Assembly: GCF_006345805.1 (NCBI RefSeq)
Contig: NC_042997.1
Coordinates: 5,146,001-5,210,000, forward strand
Direction: 5' to 3'
Source: Octopus sinensis
Taxonomy: Eukaryota
DNA: 64,000 bases
The position numbers were made by a program, and so were the translations under genes. The notes below the pieces were generated by a model that worked only from the letters and a program-made list of their open reading frames with translations, did no database searches and was not told the DNA's origin. Positions 53,409 to 64,000 of this stretch are shown here, one piece after another; position 1 is the stretch's first letter; each line of letters starts with the position of its first letter.

Positions 53409-54599
53409 GTGAATTCATATATGTAAATATATACATAGACACATACACGCACTTCTTTAGGGATATTTTTTTCCGTAATGGTAGTTAAGAATATTTGTAA
53501 AACTCTAAAAAAAAAACATCTGATTACACTGCTTGTTGCGTGAGAAATTTAGTGAACAATACAAATAAACATGCTCAAAAACTGTTCCGTGGGGTTAAGT
53601 GGTTATTACCAGTTGCTATATTTTCGGGAGGAATAATAGTTTAATATAACTGTTAAGACTAGTCCTACAGGCTTTAATATTTACGTATTTCACTTACCTG
53701 CCCTCCCAGTTTATATGATAAAGCAGTTTCTAAAAACGTGATATTTTGGGGCTGTTATGTAAATCAACCTGATTGTGTCTTGAGGAGTCTCAAATATTCA
53801 TGCCATTCTCGGCACATTTTTTTAATCTTAATCTATTCAGTAAAATATATTTTCATGCAACTGTAAATCTGTTTAATTTGGTTTTATATATTGTCAACAA
53901 TATCTATCTCCAAGTCCAGAGAATATTGTACAGCCATTTTCTACTGCTTTATGATATCGTTGGTTCTCTCCTCCAAAGGCCCAGTGGAAGCATCTAATAT
54001 TGTGTCATAAATCCATTGCATGAGTTTATATTACTTAACGCTAATATACCTATTAAACCTTTGAATTCGGTTCTATTGCGCAAGAAGCAAATTAGCAGCA
54101 GAAAGAAAAGTGAGGAAAAACTCTGTGAGATTGAAAAATTAAAGTAGATATTCATCTAATACCGGGATTACATCAAACTGTATTTTCAGTTATCATACGA
54201 GTTAGCTGGTATTTACAATGCATTAAAGGAATTTGTTTATATTAGCTTCTAGGAATGATATCTCTAACAGAAATGCTCTTAACCTTTCGTTTAGGCATGA
54301 CATATCTACTATTTCATATATACAGGTTGTTCGGGTCATATTTGAGAATTTTCTATGATTCCCTTTTTCAGGAACAGCTTGATGTATTGGGGAACAGTCA
54401 ACGGCGTTGAGGTCTTAAAGAGTAAATTTGTAATTGAGAAAATAGTTAGCGGACTTGGAGGACTGGAAACAATCTGAATCTTGATAGGCAGTTACCTGTA
54501 TCATCATGATTTGCGCCGGGGTGGGAATGGGGGCAAATTGCCGACATTGTCACTGCTGCTCAATGTTCTGTACTTTAGAAACTGAAAGACGTGACAAGG

Positions 54600-55095
54600 A
54601 CAGCTGCAATGAAAGCTACGAAGACGTTGCCAGCAGCAAGGGAGACAGCTGCTGTTGTGAATGCCTGTGCACGCTGGGATTCACTCCCTAAATTTAGAAC
54701 GAGGACTTTTGGTCCGTTCGTTTTGCGAAGCCTCTAGAGACTGTGGTCAATTCCTGGACTGAGATGGCTGCAATACTGTGGCAATATGTGTGGTAGTACA
54801 ATTCGGTTTCTTGCTGAACATCCGGAAAAATCAGACTTAGTGTTTCGAGAATTTCTACCACGCCATCAGCCCAAATTTTGGTCTCTCAATTCCCTCACTT
54901 GTAATTCCTTGGATTGCTGTGTAGGGCATGGTTGAGATAGACACCAACAGCTCGGCCTGCAACACAAAGGCTGAGCTGATGGTCAAGATCAAATAGGTGT
55001 AGGAAGATCTTCTAAGATACACCATGAGGAACGCATGCTCCAGTTTCTATATCTATCTTGAAGTTGTGGTTGAAGTTGAGGGCGGCTAGAGAGAG
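54600..55095 (+). pseudogene. Degenerate Tc1/mariner-superfamily transposase remnant, related to 34640-35310
   Basis: 'SPNFGLSIP..CNSLDCCV..MVEIDTNSSACNTKAELMVKIK'. Confidence 0.55.
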
Positions 55096-55413
55096 ATAAT
55101 TCTTTATCTCCCAAATATAATCTAGTTGGTATATTTTCATAATTTAAATCAATTTTATATTTGAATGGTATAATAAATCTAAAGTGAAATTCAAATAAAT
55201 CTATCCCCAAATATAACAATATATGTTTGAACTTGCGGTTTCTCATCAAGAAACTAGAAAGACAAATGCGTATACATATTTCCCTTCCTTTCATGCCAAT
55301 TGTTGAATTTAGCCCAAACACCCTGTATCTTGCCACCATCTAACATATGATATATTCTTTGGTTTTGGTGTCGGTTAATTAACTGGAGTAAAGAATTAGA
55401 GCTTACGCTCATT

Positions 55414-55448
<35 letters not shown>

Positions 55449-57964
55449 TGCTTAATCTATTTTATAGGCTTGTATAGTGGTAAAAAAAGACAGTAAAGGG
55501 ATTCAGTCAGAACGTTTCAGTAGGTGTCATCCGTCGTTTGTCCTAGGACAATGCATCACAATACACGATTTGAGCCCAAATTATCTACTATTAATATGAA
55601 TACGTATGTATATATGTGTTGTAATTGTATGCTTTTAGGTAATTTATATTTTGTTGTGAAAAGTGCATTGTCTATCATTATGTCGGAATTAGTGAATATG
55701 TGTGCAATTGTAGCTACACATATTGTGATGACTGAAGTTTTCTCCGCTATTAACTTGAAGACCGGGCAGTTATAGATTAGTTTTCCTAGTTAGTGTTTAG
55801 ATTTCATTGTTCAGATGATGGGATTTTTTTTTGTGTGTGTGTGCTGTGTTTATTAGCCTTTTTGCGTCTGAAAAGTTTGGAAATATACACAAGGCCTTAA
55901 GGTGGTGCTACAGCATGGTCGTAGTTTATTGAATGAAACATTTAAACGAATAAAAGAACAAAAAGCAGTAAAACTCATGATGATTCTTACTTGTTACTAT
56001 ATTCTGTGGGCTAAATCTAATTCCGCAGTATTTTCCTATCCATTGTTTGATGTTCCTTGTTGCGTTTCGTGTGTACGCTGTTGAAATTGTGGTAGTTTTC
56101 AATTATTTTGTTTTTCTTGTTTGCATTAAGCTTCAGTAGAGGAATGCTAATTATTAGTTCATGGAACAGGTAAGAACCAAGACAGCGGCTAATGTATTAT
56201 GCCATCTATTTTGTTGGCATGTTTTCAGATAATTGAAGTCGGGCGGAAGTACTTGTGAATCACTATAAAAACAGGGAACGTGAAGCTGATGTAATTTCTG
56301 ACAAGGCTGTGGTTCTGTTTTATGTGTAAGAATAGGTTAAAATATTCAGTGAAGACATTATCTAGATGTATTCATTTTGTACTTGTTTTGCGACATGACA
56401 GATATATTGTTGACCAGTCATGTGTGTTTTTATAGAAAAGATTTTGTATATAATGTGGATAGAGGGCTCTAAAGTTCTGAAGGCTTTGCTAACATCAGGG
56501 CAACTAAGAATGATGTGTGCGCGTATGTGTGTGTGTGTGTGTATGCGTTTGCGCGTGCTTTGATGTTATAATTGATGCCAAGTAGCATCCTCTATAAAGA
56601 GATTATGAGTAATGTGGATTTTAGCTGTAGTGAAGATAATCTGGACAGGAATATGATCGCGGTTTATAGTCACGAGGTGTCATTCTAAATTGATTGATAA
56701 AATAAATATGAATGATAAATACATGAAATACTGTTTCTCTAGGAACTTCTATTAATATAATACATGCGATGGTTTTAATGCTATCGATATTATATTGTTT
56801 AAAACAGCAATCCATTTATTCTTTCTTTTTAGACACGAACCGTTTGAGCTACGATTTATCTTTTGCTTTCCCGATGTCCAATGCAAGAGACGGGGGAAAT
56901 ATTATGATCCGAAGGACATGATTTCCGTTTATCTGTTCTTCTTGGTTTATTTTCGAGCTACATCGATGGTCTTTGCTTTTTTCTTTGAGCGTATATATGG
57001 TATTCGAATATTTTATTATTACATAGGACACGGTGTAGTTCATCAACCTTAGCTTCATACAGCTAATTATTTTCTATAGTGTTCGATGTTGTGTTTAGTA
57101 CTCTGTGTAGGCTACAAATATTTTCCCATGTTTCCAATTTTTTTTTACGTTATTTTCTTTGCTATTAATCCATTTATTTCGCTCAATTTTATGCATGTTG
57201 TTGCTTTTGTTGTGGTGTAGTACGAGCACGTGTATGACGTAAGTAAAATCGGAAACTGCACATTGCCGCATATCCTAATGAGATTTAAAATTTGTAAAAA
57301 TATTATTTGGAAGTAATTTCTCTTATTTTGCTGGGTTTTGTTACAAATATATTCGGGTCTATATGTACTGTTGGACATTTTCATTATCTTCTCTCAGGTC
57401 CATCTTGTGTAAATGGGATTCTATCATTCATGTTGCACCGTGAGGTATAGTTTAAAAAAATTTCTATGACTATTTTCTTGTGTGTATATACTGTGAGAGT
57501 ATGGATGTATAAACAGATAGATAGAGAGCTTGATAGAAAAAAGTTAGTTATTGTCGCTAGTTCAGAATCCTTCTTTCAATGCATGACTGGGAACAGTGAG
57601 ATTAGATTGACCACTGGCTATTAAAGACACACACACACACATACACACATGTGCGCGTACATACACGTAAATAGGCATAATTAAATATTGCCATTGTCAA
57701 CTTCATTACTTCAGGCGGCATTGAACAATGGTCGTGTTTTACGAAAGAGCAAGTAAATATGTTCCCTAATTTAAAATTTGAATTTAGCTTTAATTATAAA
57801 ATTACATATTTAATTACAAAATTACAACTTTCAATGCTCGATGCATTTTTTTTTTTTTCAGCTTAGAATTATTGCTTTTATGCTCACATGTTTTTCTTAA
57901 ACCGAAACTTTTTCTTTCTTTCTTCACTATTTTTGTCATTTTGTACGAACTCACGTACACGCAA

Positions 57965-58205
57965 AAGTCAGTGGCACCAGTGAAACTCTGCTTCCCCTTA
58001 TCAGAAAGCATATAAAACCAGGAAAACTATCCATTCTGACTGTTGGAGCGTATACAATGGAATAACAAATTGTTGTCGAATCGCAGTATTCCCATTTCAA
58101 AGTCAATGATAAAGAAATATTTGTGGATCCAGTAACTAAAGCGCATACCAACTCAGTTGAATGTTGCTGGAAAAATGCAAAGCTGAGATTCAAGGGTATG
58201 ATGAG
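57965..58205 (+). pseudogene. Merlin (IS1595/ISXO2-like) transposase fragment
   Basis: 'ETLLPLIRKHIKPGKL..SDCWSVYN...YSHFKVNDKEIFVDPVTKAHTNSVECCWKNAK'. Confidence 0.75.
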
Positions 58206-60169
58206 GTGTCAGAGTTGATCTTCAATGACTTATATGTTCTGCTGTCCATTTGACTTGAGTTCGTTTAGTGTATTTTTATTGTTGATTTTGATTTAGGCTC
58301 TGGTCAGTGGATCCAGGAGATCTTTAATCGAAGGCATTTAGCGGTGGCTTTGGCTTTTTATTTCCTATATCAAGGGAATCAGGGACAATCTTTTCATAGG
58401 GACATTTTCTAAGATAGTGGAAGATTACTTGAGAGGTATGAACTTGTTATTTATAGCAGGATGACTGACTACGGAGCAGCTTCAACATATTGTTGCTGTT
58501 GCTATTTCGATCAAAGGTGATTTACTAGACCTATGAGATCAACGGTAATCTAACCTTGACAAATCTAGTTCTTCCCATGTGTTTGGAACGAAGGAATACA
58601 TAATTCAGAGTGTCATATTTTGAGAACGGTAAGATAAGATAACAGCGAGATTAGACTGCTATTTCTAGCGCATCAGATTATCATGTATAGGCTCCATCAT
58701 TGTCTAGTCTGACAGTTTGTGTTTATACGTGTTGGAAGATCACTGACTATTATGATGTACTAATTGCAATAGATTATTTTATGAGGTAAAAAGCAATAAA
58801 ACTTCGCTAATAAATTAATGTATTATTTACAGTTATCGTTCAACGTCTTTGTCAATTTTTATCGAATTGATATCTTTCTATTTAATCTGTGTTAATGGAT
58901 ATTTGTCGGAACAGTGAAGTAGCGTTTTATCAAGTTAAACATCTCCGGTCTTATTTGGTATTATTTTATATTTTCCGCAGCATTATTTTAATTACGTGCT
59001 TTTATTGCTCGACTTAGTGCAGCACGATGCGAACAGGTTACCTGTTGTATTTTTGTAGAGCTATTTTCTTTACATTGTGTGTATTTTGTATGTGATACGA
59101 TATTTATTTCTTTGTGGGCATTTCTTCAAATTGTTCACAAATCTTCTATAAATTTAGGAATATCCCCAGTTTTCAACACCAGATTTTCGTTGCTTCTATT
59201 TCCGTATCGATGTAGATGGTATATTATCTTAGTTATATGCTCGAAATATCTGTTTTGGGACTGCAAGTACTTTCAGGATAGTAGTTTTGCCTTGATTTCG
59301 ATGTCAGCCAGTTTGAATATTCTAGTGCAGGTTTTAACAACCAGGGGTGCTCCCAACCCTTGGAGGTGCGACAGAGCGTTCCAGGTGGTGCGAGCAGAGC
59401 CATATTCATATGGGGTCGAAGAAAGCAATTCTCAGGGCAATTTGGGACATTGACACAAAACAAGAAAATGTAAGTATGTATCTATGAGTGTGTTTGTGTG
59501 TGTGTGTGTGTGTCTGTCTGTGTGTGTGTGTCTGTGTGTGTGTATGTGTGTGTGTGTATTTGGGAGTGTGTGTGCAAGAGAGTATGGATGTGTATAAAGA
59601 TAGGTAAAGAGATTGATAGAAAGAAGTTAGTAATTGTCTGTCATTCCGATTCCTTCTTTCAATGCATGAATTAGACATTAGACACACACACACATACACA
59701 CACACACACACGCGCGCACAAACATACACACACACATACACACACGCACACACATATACACACGCACACACAAATACGCACAATTATACATTGCCATTGT
59801 CCACTTCATTACTTCAGACGGCATTGAAAACTGATGTTGTTTTACTAAAGAGCAACTTCCCTAATTTAAATTTTGAATTTAGCTTTAATTATATAATTAC
59901 AGGATATTTAATTACAAAGTTACAACTCTCAACAGCCCAATGCCTTTTTTTTTCAGCTTAGAATTATTATTATTATGCTCTCATGTTTTCCTTACACCGA
60001 ATTTCTTTCTTTCTTTCTGCACTATTTTTTTGGTCATTTTTCCTAATACATGACAGAACTATGAGGTAGTGGGGCAAAATGGGTTATTATCAATTTCATA
60101 CTACTTGAGAAGTGTAGATCCGACGCGCCCTCCCGCGATAATCAGTAGACGTACTCACGCACATGTGCA

Positions 60170-60362
60170 AGTCAGTAGCACCCACGAACCTCTGCTTCCT
60201 TTTATCAGAAAGCATAAAATACCAGGAACAACTATCAATTTTGATTGTTGGAGCGTTTACAATGAAATAACTGAAATTGAGGTCGAGCAACGGTATTCCC
60301 ATTTCAAAGACAATCATAAAGAAACATTTGAGGATCCGGTAACTAAAGTGTATAACAACTGT
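60170..60362 (+). pseudogene. Second Merlin transposase fragment
   Basis: 'EPLLPFIRKHKIPGTTINFDCWSVYNEI...YSHFKDNHKETFEDPVTKVYNN'; upstream ~59600-60030 resembles ~57525-57940. Confidence 0.75.
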
Positions 60363-60437
60363 GAAACTGTAAATCGGAGAGGGTTTGTGGGAATTTTTTG
60401 TACTCCCCACAAACCCTCTCCGATTTACAGTTTTCAC
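60361..60437. repeat. Near-perfect ~31-bp-arm hairpin
   Basis: gtgaaactgtaaatcggagagggtttgtggg...cccacaaaccctctccgatttacagttttcac. Confidence 0.9.
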
Positions 60438-61549
60438 ATATTTAGGTATTCTTTCGAAACAAAACGAAAGAATACCCATAGTTATACATTTTAGCCCATC
60501 CAAATTTATCTTTTATATATTCAAAGAGAACGGAGGTAATTTTCTGAAATAGCGTTCTGAATATGTTATTATGTTTTAATGAATTTAGAGAAGGTCATTT
60601 GCATAGCTGATGTCGTTTTTGTTTGATATTGAACATATATAAACAATATTTTTTATCAAGGGCAAAAAATGTAGTAAAGGTTACTCATTGTGCCTCACCA
60701 CCCCTTACTGGATACAAGAAAAACAGACTTTCGGAATATATTCATTATTACGGCAGGGTTATTTATTATTATGGCAACAAATTCTACCTACCGCACTTCT
60801 CGGTCTATCATCACTGCTTCGAGGTCCTGCATATATTCGAGGTCAGTGTCTACCATCAAGTTATCGATGTGTAATGATGTTTTCCTCTATTTAGATCACC
60901 ATGAAGTGGGTTCCACAAGACTAATTTGAATGCTTCCAGCTTAGGGTTGCACACGCTCTGATTAGATAGCCGCAACTAACTTTGTGTGATCTTCTCGTTA
61001 ACATTCTGGAGATCTCCATAAATGCAATTCACACCACAAGATTTACTTCACCCGAGTGTTTTGTTATAATAGAAAAAATTATATTAATCAATTACAATTT
61101 AATATATTTTTCGTCAATTGTGTTAACGTGTTACATATTTTTCATAAATAGCAAAAGTTGATACAGATTCTTGGCATTATGAAGTTAAATGTAATGTGTG
61201 AACTTAGTACAGATAATTTGACATTATTTTGGAATTCTGCATGCAAAAACTTAAGATACAGGTATTCTTTTTCTTGGGACAGAGTCTTTGTTGACCAGTG
61301 TTATTCTTATCGGAGATAACAAATCCAAACATAAAATCGTTACTTAACTTTTGAGTTTTGGAAACAGACACACACACATACATACACACATGCACTTATA
61401 TATCAATGATGTACCAAATACATGGCAGGTATACATGATACTGAAATACGCATAAAGTAAACGCATACAGGCAAATATATTAATATAAAACATACATGAT
61501 AGCATTTGAAATTATGAACTCGTCAACAATTTGTTAATATTTAATTTTT

Positions 61550-61990
61550 AACGTGCTGTCCATCGCATTTGCATTAAATGCATATTGAATGCTTAAAACT
61601 ACTTGTTTACTCGTTTCTTTTTGTCATTGAGGTGTGGTAAAAACTAACATCTACATAAAGTTTTTTGGCTATATTTTTGAAATTAACATAAACAGTTATT
61701 TACATGAAAGAAAATTCACGGAGAACTTTCTTCTAATTCTTCCAAATTTTGCTGTTAAAACTGTACTGAAAACATTTGTAGGCCAAAATTATAATGTATT
61801 TATCGCATGTAACGTGTTGCTCATCGCATTTCCATTAAACGCATATTGAGCACTTAAAACTACTTGTTTACTCGTCTCTTTTTGTCATTGAGGTGGTCGT
61901 GAGGTGTGCTAAAAAGAACAGTTACATAACAATTTTTGAATAAATCTTTTCAGTTCGTGCTATCGCATTAAATGCATATTGGACGCTTCA
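61550..61990. repeat. Diverged ~260-bp-period tandem duplication
   Basis: aacgtg..catcgcattt.cattaaa.gcatattga..cttaaaactacttgtttactcgt..tttttgtcattgaggtg occurs twice, plus a partial third. Confidence 0.75.
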
Positions 61991-62161
61991 AATTATAAAA
62001 CACGCGTTGTTTACAAATATTGACAACGAGTACTATTTTCAGGATGCTGACGACAAAATGTGCAATCACGCAAAAAAATGACAGCTTCGAAATATTGTTT
62101 CGTAACCGGGTGAAAATGATGAAAATTTAAATCTCTATAACTATTTAAAAATATTTTCTTG

Positions 62162-62911
62162 TGATCTTTTCGGTTTGAACGGCAGTTTTTTAAAATAATT
62201 TCTATGTAACTAAACACTTTGAAACTTCGTATACTGGTAGAATGTTTTTATAAAACATGTTTTTCTCTTGGCTTTCTTCAGAAAATTCTGTAGCTTGTAA
62301 GACATTTGTAAGATATTTTCTTCAATTTTGGCAATTTCAACCAATCAATGACATCTATTTCGGTGAAAACATTATCTGCCGCAAAATTTTCTGGCGGTGA
62401 AATATGAAAATGTCCCTCGTTTAAGAAACAGATTGGCTTTATTTATATTTCTGAAGGAAAAAATATACCCTTCCCCCCCTCCCATAACCCTAACCTAAAC
62501 TCTAACCTTAAACGTAACCCTAACCCTAGCCTAACAGATTGAAATACAATAGATCGATACTAGGGTCATAATTATGGGTGGACACTAAAGAGCGAACGGT
62601 TTTGTTATCCAGCTCTGTTTATGGCCGCAGAGTATCTTTTTTCTCATAAAAAAACAGGGACATTTTCATATGACGCCGCCATAAAATGTTACGGCAGAAA
62701 TCGTTTTCACATAAATAGACTTCATTCAGTGGTTGAAATTGCGGAAATGCAAGAAATGAAAGACCAAATAACTTACAAACTATAGAATTTTTCCAAGAAA
62801 GCCAAGAGAAAAAGATGATTTATAAACACATTTTACCAGTATACGAAGTTTAAAATTATTTAGTTACATAGAAATTAGTTTTAAAAACTGCCGTGCAAAC
62901 CGAAAAGATCC
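62162..62911. mobile_element. MITE with ~260-bp TIRs, probable 8-bp TSD and internal telomere-like repeats (Merlin-like)
   Basis: gatcttttcggtttgaacggcag... / ...ctgccgtgcaaaccgaaaagatcc; flanks ttttcttg / ttttcctg; degenerate (CCCTAA)n at ~62481-62535. Confidence 0.8.
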
Positions 62912-62939
62912 TTTTCCTGGAAAAAGTGAAATAACTCCA

Positions 62940-63520
62940 GCAATTCAGTTTGGAAAAGTATATTACTGTGCCAAATTTAAAAAAATATTCGGTAAACTTC
63001 CTTTCTTGAAATCTGGCAGCGAAAACAAAATAGATCCGTATTTTTATCCCAGTTATACCAGTCTACGGCATAAAGTAAGATGTGAAAGAAAAAAACTGCG
63101 TTCTTTGTTGTTGGTGCCGTTGGGGCCAAATCTACAGTTACCTTGGGAATGGTACAGATAGGATTTTTCACGTGAGGATAGTAGAGGTTTTTATATATTG
63201 GCAAACTCATTGGTCAGTGGTCCTCTTACAGTAACAGTAGCAGTAGCAGTTGTTGAAGCAGCAGTAAAACTTGGCTTGCAACAGTAGGGCTGGGTGGAAA
63301 CAGGTCAGATAGTGATACCAAACAAGATGATTCCGATGTAGTAGCAGTAGCAGGCTGTTGTTGTTGTGATAGTGAGTCCTGACTTTACACAATAGTGTTA
63401 GGTGGGGGGTAAATTAGTTTATGTAGCGATATCAAGGGGGATTTTGTTAACTACTGGCTAACTATTGTTAACTATTGGCCTTGGGCAAGTTGGTGCACAA
63501 CATTGACAAATATAGTTACT
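62940..63520 (-). pseudogene. Possible highly degenerate PLE thumb/linker fragment
   Basis: Weak resemblance to the post-RT region of the 10-18 kb element, with a low-complexity N/Y/C tract. Confidence 0.3.
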
Positions 63521-64000
63521 AGCGTTTCAATGTGCGCGTGAAATGATCTTGTGATTTCTTTTATTTTGTTTTTGATCTGTTTTAGAGAACTGTACAAGGA
63601 CAGTGACGATAAATTTTCGGTGATTTACCGTAGACTTTACGCTATCGTTATGGTGAGTATGCCAAGCGTTTATCAGTGCACTGATTTCGTTTTCTGCCTA
63701 GTGATATTTTACATTATTATTGGCCATACTCAGTGGTTAGAACAGCGCTTAACACTGGAGGGGATGTAGTTTTTTTTCATTAACAAAATGAGCCCCCTTT
63801 AATTTTGCTCAGATTGCTTTTAATTTTGGTGTATCAATGCAACTGAGAATTTTGATTACGATCAACAAATTACTTTATCGCATAAATTAAAGAATATTAT
63901 GTTATTTGGAATTAAATTTTGGAAATTTGGGTAATTTTAGCCAAGTAAGTGAGGCATTAACAGCTATTAACATAACAACCGCACATTTTGTTGAGTTTCA

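Noticed and set aside
62481-62535. True telomere or chromosome fusion site
   Set aside because: Short, degenerate and enclosed within MITE TIRs

Overview
AT-rich, microsatellite-dense eukaryotic DNA with no recognisable host gene. The SINE and repeat families suggest a cephalopod such as Octopus (inference). The window is dominated by Penelope-like retroelements (PLEs). There is a near-intact Neptune-type element (YLDD RT plus C-terminal GIY-YIG) with a 932-bp inverted pLTR at 42.7-47.6 kb. There is also an 8-kb fold-back made of a YRDD-type PLE and its inverted partial copy at 10-18 kb, plus several PLE fragments. Other content: a four-copy ~3.2-3.5 kb macro-tandem (18-33 kb) interrupted by a ~540-bp hammerhead-bearing tandem array, and remnants of mariner, Tc1-like, Merlin, Helitron, R4/Dong-like LINE and SINE elements. 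Many hammerhead ribozyme (HHR) motifs can be read directly, including canonical, U4C and U3-A8 core variants. The most notable observation is that each macro-tandem unit carries two sequence-unrelated minus-strand motifs. Both contain all HHR core elements (CUGANGA, GAAA, NUH) in a non-circularly permuted, pseudoknotted order, with the same four helices. They are candidate rearranged hammerhead ribozymes. Most short ORFs in the track are microsatellite artefacts. All structures and translations were read by eye, and nothing was computed or searched.
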